DNA of 64,000 nucleotides from Diplonema japonicum (Eukaryota; Protista; Euglenozoa: Diplonemea): NCBI GenBank assembly GCA_964019335.1, contig OZ025699.1, positions 248,001-312,000 of the forward strand. The letters run 5' to 3'. Positions within the stretch are counted from its first letter, which is position 1. Each line of letters begins with the position of its first letter. Shown here one piece after another: positions 54,408 to 64,000 of the stretch. The notes below the pieces were generated by a model that did not search any database, was not told the DNA's origin, and was given only the letters and a program-made list of their open reading frames with translations. Both the position numbers and the translations under genes were made by a program.

Positions 54408-57006
54408 TTATTCCCCACCCTGCGTCAGCAAGCTTTCCATCGCATTCAGCAATATAGTCCACAGGTTGCCGTTGTAATAATCGTGGCAGGTGTGTGTTTT
54501 CAGTTTCCACAACTCGTTAATCGATTTCACTGCCTGAAGCAAACGTTTTGGCCGATCGAACCCCCCACACATATAATGAGCACCGTCTGTACTAGGAAAG
54601 TAAGATAACTTGGAGTACCCAGACATTGAAAGTGAATACGTGTTAGAACCCGTAAGCAAATTCGCCGCTCGTTCCAATCTGGCAATTCGTGGTTCGTCGG
54701 GAGGGTCGGACAGTGCATGGAATCGGTCGAGAATGGTTCCGGGCAAAAATACAAATTTGTACCCCGATCCTTTTCTCGATTCTGCGTACTTGCTTGCACC
54801 TTCCATATAACCATCAAGAAGTGTTGCCTTTTCCTTCAAATTCCACCAAACGCCCACCGAAGCAAAATGAACGTCGACAGGGCCCCGCTCCTCAAACTTC
54901 GTTCGGAAAAACTTCTTCGGGATCGGATCCCAAATAAACTGCATCTCGAAAATCTGGTTTTCGATCGTCGGGCTCTCCCTGTTGTTCACAATATACTGGT
55001 CATGAGTGTCATTTGTCACGTATAGAAACGACATATGGCCCTTCAGTTCAAAATTGAACTCCCACATGTCTCCACGCAGGATAAACAAAAGCTTTTTGAA
55101 CAGTTGCCTTGTCAATGAATCACCGGAAAATAGAACTTTCTTCCCTTTAAAGACGGAAAGGACATCTGCACGAGTGTACTTTTTCAAATCGCAAGTAGAC
55201 GATATTACTTCCTCGCCGTTGGGTGTCCTCTTCCATGAGAACGGCCCATTGCTCTTCCTCGTCACCGACAAAAGATCTTTCTTGAGGGAGTTGAACGTGC
55301 ACCTGGGAAGGATCGATTTTACCCCGCATGATTCTTCCACTTTTTGTTCAATTCGGCCCTTGCCAGGGGTGTAGCATCTGTCTTGCCGATCGCATTGGAG
55401 CGAAATTACAGGGGATTTGTTGGGGTTGTTGCAAACAAGCTTCGGCATTACCGTGAAGGCGCAGGTGTCGGAGGTGTGTTTCGTTGTGGTCACGTTTCGA
55501 CACTTCTGTTCGGATTGAACAAAAGGGGGTGATCGATTCTTCAGGGAATTGAGAACAATAGTCCACCACCCGTTGTTGAAATAGTCCTTGCACTTGTGGT
55601 TGAGAACCTTCACGGTCTTCGGGAGAGGTTTGCCGGGCTTCGGCCCCCAGCACATATATGTGTTCGGGGTGGTCGATCTAAAAAACTGCAGCCGGGAGAA
55701 CGCCGCCAACGACAGTGTAATCGTGTTTGACACGTCCAAAATCTTTGCGAGACCTTCCAAAGCCGTGTTACTCCTTGTTTTGTCCTCCGTTCCCGGTGTG
55801 AATATGAACGTGAAATCGGGGTTTAGCTTGGCGTATTGCTTTGCTCCGTTTAAGTAATCCACGTAGGTCTGTTTCGAGGCTGGGCTTCTCCAAAACAGGG
55901 TTGATATCTGAACATCGGGCGCTCCGCGTTGGGTTCGCGCAATGAACCCCTTATCCGGAATGAATTCCCATTTATAGATAATCTCCAAAAGCTGGTTTTC
56001 AATCAGATCAACACCCTTCGCTGGGATCGTTCCCGTCAGCACATCGCTTGTCGCATTAGTTGTGTAGTACATATCTGTTGAGATGGATTTTCTTCTTTTT
56101 TTTGTTTATACCCTTTGGTCCAGCATGGTCCAGGTTCGTCGCCCACTCCATGCCCCTCATGTGATAAACTAGTTTTAAGAACATCTGCCGCATGGCTGCG
56201 TTCCCAGTAAGGACAATTCTCTTCCCGCCCCATAGGTTTAAAATCTCGTGCCGTTGGAACTGTTCGAGACTGCAGGAATCAAGCAGAACGGACCAACCCT
56301 TTTCCGTTTTATGCCTGCTGAACCCTCCGTTGTCCTTTGGGTGCACCCTGGTCAGCTCGTGCTGTATGTCCTGGAGGGAGCACTTAGGAAGCGTCGCGGT
56401 GCTGCAGAACTTTGTTGTCTTCCCCTGCTTCACGGAGCCCTCCCCGAAGGTGTAGCACTTGTCGGATGACCTGCAGTACTGCGCAAACCGAGGGTCCGGT
56501 TTTTCTTTATCACAAGCAGCCTCCGGTAGAACAGTTTCTTTGGAAAAGCAAGAGACGGGCCTCCACGCGTAACTCACTGATTCAGAACAAACCTGTTTTC
56601 CTGGAATAAATGCTACCCGTGTGGGCACGGGTGTGGGCACCGTTGTGGGGGTTGAAGTGGATACGAGCGTGGGTGCAGGGGTGGGGGGGATGGGTACGAG
56701 ATCCTTTGCGGGTTGTTTGACCGGGTTTTTGTTTCGTTTTTTCCGCGGGGGCTGCTTCGGGGTCTTTGCACGTTTAGTGAGTTTAGCTGGCAGCTGCGGC
56801 TCGTCGATGGCTGGTGATGAGGGTTCGCCGCCGGACGTCAGCTCCTTCTCCCCCGCATTCGTCAGTTTCACCTCCGGCAGCAGGTGCTTCGTCATCACGA
56901 ACAACACCAGCAACGCCGCGATCACCGCCACTCGTAGTGGGAGCGATTTCTCCGTGTCCGTCATCCTCGGGAGACGGATCATCGTGTTTTCCTTTTTATT
57001 GATCAT
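54408..57006 (-). CDS. Type II membrane protein with tandem PC-esterase/Cas1p-like SGNH domains (putative glycan O-acetyltransferase/esterase); intron 56075-56111
   Basis: N-terminal TM helix and PT stalk. Domain 2 has KKVLFSGDSLTRQLF and DGAHY. Domain 1 has KRIVLTGNAAMRQMF. The two ORFs join in frame across the intron. Confidence 0.8.
56075..56111 (-). other. 37-nt GT-AG intron
   Basis: GTATAAACAAAAAAAAGAAGAAAATCCATCTCAACAG. Removal fuses ORFs 56056-57132 and 54408-56072 in frame (GPK-D-MYY). Confidence 0.88.
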
Positions 57007-57589
57007 TTTTTTTTTCTTTTTTTTTTTTTTTTTCGTTCTTTCGTTGGTAACAATACCTGTTTTTTTTTTAGGGGGGGTATATATGTAAGAAAAAAAAAAA
57101 AAAAAAAAAATCATCCAGGGCATTTTTCGCATGGTTCCCCGAATACCTTTTCAGCCTTGCAGTGCGCTTGGCAGCGGGATCTGCTGTCAAACAAGCGGCG
57201 GAGACCGTACTTGAATCAGATGACGCGACATAGCATATCGTATCATCCAGGCACGAGTACCTCTTCCAGCTGCCTTGCTAGCTTGGCGTAGCAAGGGCCA
57301 GTGTAAATTGACTTTCGTTTTACAGTAAAACTAGACATTTTCTTGTGTGCGGTAGATGTGGCCCCTTTTCTGGCTTTCGGGGAGGGGGGTAAGAATGGTC
57401 TTCAGTGATATTTTGGCAAATGGTCCAGACCCCCCAAAAAACCGGTTTTTTTTGCCCCTTTTTTGTTATTTTATAAACTGGAGCGCGTGTTTTAGATAAG
57501 AAAAAAGAAGAAGAAGAAGAAAGATATTTCAGGCTGGGGGGGGGGGGGGGGGGAGAATGAGAAAAAAAAAAGACAAATAGAGGAAAAAC

Positions 57590-58485
57590 CAGGGCCCCCG
57601 GTTCAAAATGGGTTTTTTTCGATAGACCTGCAGAGCTTTTTGGCCGATTTTTTGACCCTTTTTTTCAAAAAAAAAAAAATAAAAATGGGTGAACGTTAAT
57701 TGGGCCTCTCGTTGGCTTGAACACTTTTTTTTTTCTCCCTGAACGTTTGTGCTACTCCAGAAACTCAGCCTCAGTAAGGTTCACATGCCGTTTGCTTGTC
57801 GGCATATCATGAAACCGTCTTATGACGCAACTGATGAGGTCTTCACTCGGAACATCTGCCCCCTCCGTGCTTATCACCAATAGACAGTTCAGTTTCTCAG
57901 GTTGTAGAGCAGGGAATGGCGGATAGCAGCAAGAAGAACTCTATCGATGCAGGGCTTAGGAAAGAGCCCTCTAGAGTCTCCCTGATGGTGTCGTGGTTGA
58001 TGGGAGAAGAACTTGTCTTGAGCTTGAAAAGCTCAGCCACCACTAGACTGATGATCTTCTCGCACGGCCTTAACCCACACGCATAGATTTTATGGTCAAG
58101 ATCGAATAAACCGGCAGCTTGCAACTCCGGCTGCGGTGCTAACCGCTGCTTCACGTTGCCCATCAGAGCGCTGAAGTACAGTTTGTGTACCTTTTCGTGG
58201 GACACGCAAAAGTTCACCCGTTCAACCCGTTCACAGAACCGAATGAGAGGGAACTCTTCTGCAGTTTATTATTCAGTGGGTGCAGGCAATGCAATGCGGA
58301 CTAAAACCACTCACCCCTTGATTAATAAAAAGGGAAAAATTCCTCACAAAGGGGGCAACCCCTGCCCCCTTATGGCCTACCGCAGGTACTAGAAATTCGC
58401 CTGTCTGCGTAGATCGGCGACGTTGTCAAAAAGAATTGCTTAGACCGGCGATCGCCGGTCTATCCCCACCTTACCGGGGGCCCTG
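57590..58485 (-). mobile_element. Defective hAT transposon
   Basis: 13-bp TIR CAGGGCCCCCGGT/ACCGGGGGCCCTG. Perfect 8-bp TSD GGAAAAAC (57582-57589, 58486-58493). LSAIPCSTT resembles the hAT dimerisation domain. Confidence 0.92.
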
Positions 58486-58568
58486 GGAAAAACAGAAAGG
58501 GGGGGGGGAAAAAAAAAGCAACAAAAAGAGTCGGTTGATTACCACTACTCTTTGTAGCAATAACAGGG

Positions 58569-58600
<32 letters not shown>

Positions 58601-59040
58601 AGTTGCGGTTTGTTTGTTTATGCAAAGTCGGTTTCTTTTTTTCTTTTTTTTTTTTTTTTAGATTTTAATTTGTATAACAGCCACTCAATCCATTTACAGA
58701 AATAAAAAAAAAAAAAAAAAAAAAAAAACTTTTTCTCACTATGATAGGCAATGAAGTGGTTAGAAAATTGAATCGAATTATAAAGTGGCCAACAGACACC
58801 TTAGACTGCTCAAAAGATTACCAACGCCTTGGCCTTGGGAATCCAAAAGAAATATATTAGAGATAAAGGAGGCCAGTTCGGTGGCGCCCTGCACAAGCAC
58901 TAGTTTTGTTTCTACTTTAACCAAGGTTCTGGGCTGCTGCAGTTTGCTCAAAAAAAAAAAAAAAAAAGAGACATTTAAGGGTACCTGCGGTGTGTGGCAA
59001 GACGCCACAAAAAAAAAAAAGAAAAAAAAAAATTATATAT

Positions 59041-59362
59041 ATGAGTTAAAGGAGGCCGGTGTTGGCGGCGCCCTGCACAAGAACTGTCTACTTGATAACA
59101 GGGGGCGCACCGCGGCCGAGTTGTAGCTTCTTCTGCGTTCCGCGTCGTGTCCTTAATGCATGCGGTGTACAGCTCAACCCTAGCCAGGGCGTCCCGGGTA
59201 ACCAAGATTCTGCGCTCGTGCAGTTTGCTGCCTGTTCGTCACCCTGAGCATCTGCGTTACGTTCTTCCACTCGGGCGCTACCGGTGATGACCGACGAGGA
59301 GGTCAACAGCGAACAACACATCTGATGTTTTTCTTATATTTTCATGTTATCCCCACCACCTG
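59041..59362 (-). repeat. SINE-like family S1, full-length copy with LINE-A-like 3' end
   Basis: Body matches 52450-52720. The end ATGAGTTAAAGGAGG matches LINE ATGAGATAAAGGAGG. Confidence 0.85.
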
Positions 59363-60642
59363 AAAAAAAAAAAAAAGGGTTCACTGTGATGAAAAAGGTA
59401 AAGCACGTGCTAGTAAACATATTTTCGTTTTTTTTTTTTTCTTTTCTTTTTTGCAAGAACGAGTCTTTGACCTAAACAAAAGGGGAACGTTGGCAACGTG
59501 TTTCGGATTGACAAATTTCTCCAGGTTTTACCCGGCACGTACAAACAACGGCCAGTTCCTCTTTTTTTTCTTCATTCCCCCTTTTTTTCTGCAGTGTCAA
59601 TTTATTTAGAGGGTTGAAGAATAAATAATAATAAAAAAAAAAAAAATGGTAGTTCTTATAAATATTCTTGTTTATTCTTTTATAATCGCTTTGCAGCACA
59701 CGTATCTTATTCTAATCCTAAACTAGGTCTTAAAATAAAATATATAGAACCGTAGTCGTTAACAAAAGGGAAAAAGAAAAAAAAAAAGTGTGGTGTGAGA
59801 GTGGTTTTTTTGACCTTTTTCATTCCAAAGGGGAGATTTTTTTTTCCTTTTTTTCCCCCCCCTTCTTTTTTCTTTTTAATTTACTACCCAAGCTGTTTTC
59901 TCTTTGAAATTTTTGGCTCAAAATATAAATCAAGTTTTTACACAAGAGGCGGACACAGGGGAAGTTAAAACAATTTTATTTGAAAGCACCTGGTCAGTAA
60001 ATTAAAAAAGATGTGTTTCAGAGTTCGGCACGTTTTTTTAAACTCGTCGTTAAAAAGACACTTGCCACATGAAATTTGATAATCTGATTTTTCATAAATA
60101 CAGTTTTTTCTTTCTTTTTTCTTTTTTTTTCTTTTTTAAAAAAAGGGAAAACAACTTTTTTTTTTTCTTCTTCCAGTCCTTCAAAAAAAAAAAAGAACAT
60201 TTTTCCCGTAGAAAAAAAAAAAGTTTCAAATTTGGCAATTTGGCGTAAATTATTTGCAGCGCATAATACTGCCCGCTAACTAGTGTTTTTCTGTTCCTCA
60301 AAAAAAAAAAAAAAAAAAAGAAAAAAGAAAAAGACCTCGCCGTTTTATTTCACTCCTGACTTTATTTTTCACGCTCCGGCTTCTAAAAGAAATTAGGCCC
60401 AGGAGTGAAAAAAGCTCTGATAGCGTTAAAAATAAGAAATATTATTTCCCTCCTGGGTCGTCCGCCACGCCACACTCAAATTTTGCTATAAAATATCGTA
60501 TTTGTGAATATATAAGATTGATGATTTCACTTGTGGTGGCAGTTTTGATTCGTTAAACGTTATAACACGCGCTGCGCTCGTGATATAACTGTGCAACCAC
60601 ACGCGTGAGCACGTGAAAATCATTCTATCTTATATTTCACTA

Positions 60643-61138
60643 AATAAATAGTTATTATTTCACTCTTCGTCATTTTCTTCACTCAGGGGGGGGGGGGGGG
60701 GAGGGAGGGTATTTCTTTTTACTATTTTTGGCCATTTGAGGCCATTCCGGCCCTTAAAGTGGGAATAAGTGAGTTTTACTTTCTCCTTAAAATGCCAGTT
60801 ACCCCCCCCCCCAAAAAAAAGAAAGCTGACCCGTATGTAGGAAAAGCAGTGACTCAAAATGACGAAGAGGTGAAATAATAATAAAAACCAAATGAGCCAT
60901 TATTTGAGCACTCAGTTAAATAATGACTAATCTTTTAATCCCCCCCTCTTCATAGAAAAACTAAGGCGATGTCCCGGGCAAATCCCACTTGAGGACCATC
61001 AGTAAGGGGGGAGGGAGGGCTCGCTTTTTTGTCCCGTTTGCGGACATTAGTCTTGCGAAGACGGCTGATGCCGTTTCTCGTTAGCCTGGTCTTCAACTGA
61101 ACACTAGCTATTTATTCGAATTTTCTGCGGGTCCTCGT

Positions 61139-61176
<38 letters not shown>

Positions 61177-62114
61177 GGGTAACGAGAGTTAAATAATGGC
61201 TCATTTGGCGGCAAGTAAGTCGTTTTATTTCACTCTTCAGCAGGTCAGCCTTTTTGGGGATTTTCCTAAGGTAATATGGGGTTGCTATTTCGCCGTGGCA
61301 TTTAAAGGGGAAGTAAGGCACTTATTCCCACTTTTAAGGGCTGGAATGGCCTCAGATGGCCAAAAATAGTCAAAATACCCCGTCCCCAAAAAACTTTTTC
61401 AAGGGGTTGGGTACATTTTTTTTCACGACAAGTCCCATTTTTTTCACTCTGAAGCCCCATAATTTAACTCGAAAATCTCATAATTTAACTAGTTAAATTA
61501 TGGTGATTTCGCGTTAAATTATGAGGCCCCTAGTGAGTGAAGAAAATGACGAAGAGTGAAATAAATAACTATTTATTGCCAACAAATAATGAGTCATTAT
61601 TTAACTCGAGTTCCCGAATTTTTTGCACGAGGGCCCGCAGGGCCCTCGTGCAAAAAAACGGGTAACGAGTGTTAAATAATGGCTCATTTGGCGGCAAGTA
61701 AGTCGTTTTATTTCACTCTTCGTCATTTGAGTCACTCACTCTTCACTGCTTTCAGTGCTGTTTTTTTTCACGCAGGTCAGCTTTTTGGGGATTTTCCTAA
61801 GGTAATACAGGGTAGCTATTTCGCCGTGGCATTTAAAGGGGAAGTAAGGCACTTATTCCCACTTTTAAGGGCTGGAATGGCCTCAGATGGCCAAAAATAG
61901 TCAAAATACCCCCACCCCAAAAAAATTTTTCAAGGGGTTGGGTGCATTTTTTTCCACGACAAGACCCATTTTTTCACTCTGAAGGGCCATTATTTAACTG
62001 CAAAATCTCATTATTTAACTAGTTAAATAATGGCGATTTCGCGTTAAATAATGGCCATTTCGCGTTAAATAATGAGGCCCCTAGTGAGTGAAGAAAATGA
62101 CGAAGAGTGAAATA
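60643..62114. mobile_element. Array of ~500-bp non-coding palindromic elements (Crypton-like non-autonomous, tentative)
   Basis: Two direct copies (about 61105-61580 and 61590-62114) plus an inverted partial copy (60643-60930). Inverted TTATTTCACTCTTCGTCATT motifs. Hairpin with a GCA loop. Confidence 0.6.
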
Positions 62115-62139
62115 AAAAAAAAAAAAAAAAAAAAAAAAA

Positions 62140-62184
62140 GATGTCTTTGAAGGGAACCTGCAGTATGTTACAGGATCGCCTAAA

Positions 62185-62185
<1 letters not shown>
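62140..62185 (-). mobile_element. 3'-terminal remnant of T-tailed LINE subfamily C
   Basis: Near-identical to 32316-32360, inside a long + strand A tract. Confidence 0.85.
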
Positions 62186-62230
<45 letters not shown>

Positions 62231-62280
62231 TTATGTGTTCCTTTCGCCCACCACGCTGGCAAAACTTCAGAAGACAACGG

Positions 62281-62312
<32 letters not shown>

Positions 62313-63193
62313 AATAGAAGGTTTCCAGTGAAAACCAGTGATTTGATTAGGCATCACTTGGTCCACCCCCCTCCCCTCCCCTTCCAATTGTCTTCTTACG
62401 TTACCATTGTGCTGCTTATAATGGCATCTGTGAGAGGGCAAAGGAACACAGTTTCCTCGATTTTGTTTAAGGGGATGAAAAAAGAGGAGTTTTTTTTTTG
62501 TGTTTTTTCTTCGTTCGGTGATACCACCCTATTTTCAAAAGCCCGGACTCTTCTTTGTTGAAAAACTATAGTAACGCTTCACTAAATGTTTTGATTAACC
62601 AAAAAGGTACTGTTTTTGACCATGGAAGAGCTCGGCCTCTTGTCAGTCCGTAATTGCTAGCCGCTATCGGCTGTTTTGTAGGGGGAAAAAAAGAAGAAAA
62701 AAAGTGTCTTTTAACATGCTTTTAAAAAAAAAAAAAGAGGGAAAAAAAAAAAAGAGGAAAAAAAAGAAAAACTAGTCTGGCGCTTCATTTGAATAGTTTC
62801 AGTGCAGGGGAGCGCCTACTGAAGAGAAAAAAAAAAAAAAAGAAAGAAGAAAAAAGAATTTTTTTTTCTACAATATTATATATAAGAGAAACAGGGGGCC
62901 ATTTTTCTTTTGGTGGCGCCCTGCACAAGCACTGTACTTAATTACAGATTAAAAATGGAGAAGCAAAAAAAAAAAGAAAAAAAATCTTTTTGGCGATGAA
63001 CAATGGTCATGTATGTGGCACTCATGGAACCAGCGGAGAGAGCAGGGAAAAAAAAGAAAAAAAAGGGGGGAGTGAGCATAGCAATGAACAAGAGGGATTC
63101 TGTAAGAATAATAATAAAAAAAAAACCCCTCTTATGGACATACGTAAGCTTCGTTCGGTCGGACCTCTTGGGGGAACGGTTTTTTCTTTTTTC

Positions 63194-63600
63194 GGGGACC
63201 AATGTTTCCGACCTCCCAGTGGTGGTTCCTGGTAATTGTGGTTTGGGGGAAAGATATAAGCGAAAGGGAGATTTTTATTGTCAATCCGTACACGTGGGGA
63301 AGCCTGGACGGGGGTGGAGAGCCCACCCTACGCGTGGCGCCAGTTAGCATCGCCCTCAACGGAGAGACCCTTATCTCATTACATCGAACAAAGAGGTGGT
63401 TTCACTAGGTCTAACAAGTAGCCTCACTGGCCTTGTGCCAGTTAAGCAAGCCACCCACAACTCTCCAGTTGGTGTTTAATCTCCCTGTTTCAAAACTCTT
63501 TCTTTACCTCTCCACTTTTACTTTCTACGGGACCACAGGGGGGAATGAAGTTTAAAACACAAGGATGGCCGCTGTGTCACATAGAGACTACCTTTCTTTT
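63194..63600. repeat. Second copy of the ~420-bp repeat
   Basis: Collinear with 51105-51545. Confidence 0.85.
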
Positions 63601-64000
63601 TTATAAAAAAAACTTTTCGTTCTTCTTCTTTTCGATGACTTCACACAAACTCGGGGGGAAGGGGGGGCGGCTACCCTTGTCGGCGTACGTGCACGCTGTA
63701 AAATCTGGGCACAAAAAATGCAAACATTTTTACACTCGATTCAAGTTTCTATCAGCAGGACATTCTTCGTCTCTCTCCGTCATCGAGGTCATCGGGGATA
63801 TTGCCTTAAATCTATCCTGAAGACTTTTCAAAATGAACGCCGCACGAGCTTAACGCGTACGCAGCAAATCTAAAAAAAAAAAAGTGCGCACAGCGTACGG
63901 TGAAGTATCGGCATGAAGAGGAAACTAAAGGGGGGGCCTGAATAATTCCCTCCCAAATAATGTGTTTTTTCCCAAATAATTCTTTTTTTTTTTGGGGATT

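Noticed and set aside
57805-57855. GAAA and CTGATGA close together (hammerhead core)
   Set aside because: Stems I-III cannot be formed in the required order, and the site lies inside a hAT transposase remnant.
1-64000. Spliced-leader RNA gene, rRNA, telomeric repeats, alternative genetic code
   Set aside because: None recognised. Conserved genes read correctly in the standard code with TAA, TAG and TGA stops.

Overview
Eukaryotic genomic DNA with very long A/T homopolymer tracts. The organisation and gene families (11 co-oriented, almost intron-free host genes all on the - strand; kinetoplastid-type receptor adenylate cyclase; ingi-clade retroposon with a 2A motif) suggest a euglenozoan, probably a diplonemid-like free-living flagellate. 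This taxonomic call is inference only. Host genes: degenerate SGNH/PC-esterase-like protein, purple acid phosphatase, two receptor-type class III cyclases, rpl38, a secreted Cys-rich protein, a ubiquitin-like/degenerate kinesin fusion, YhhN/TMEM86, a GH95-like glycosidase, a DOMON membrane protein and a tandem PC-esterase-like protein. There is one tRNA-Gly(GCC) on the + strand. Two tiny (36 and 37 nt) A-rich GT-AG introns are visible. The spacers hold many transposons: pogo-like, Sola-like, piggyBac, hAT, MITEs, Crypton-like palindromic repeats and ingi. The most unusual signal is a non-LTR retrotransposon lineage with 7 delimited copies in 3 subfamilies. Every copy ends in poly(T), not poly(A), on the sense strand, sits inside sense-strand T tracts and is co-oriented with the host genes. 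A SINE-like family shares its 3' terminus. All calls come from reading motifs by eye; no searches were run.
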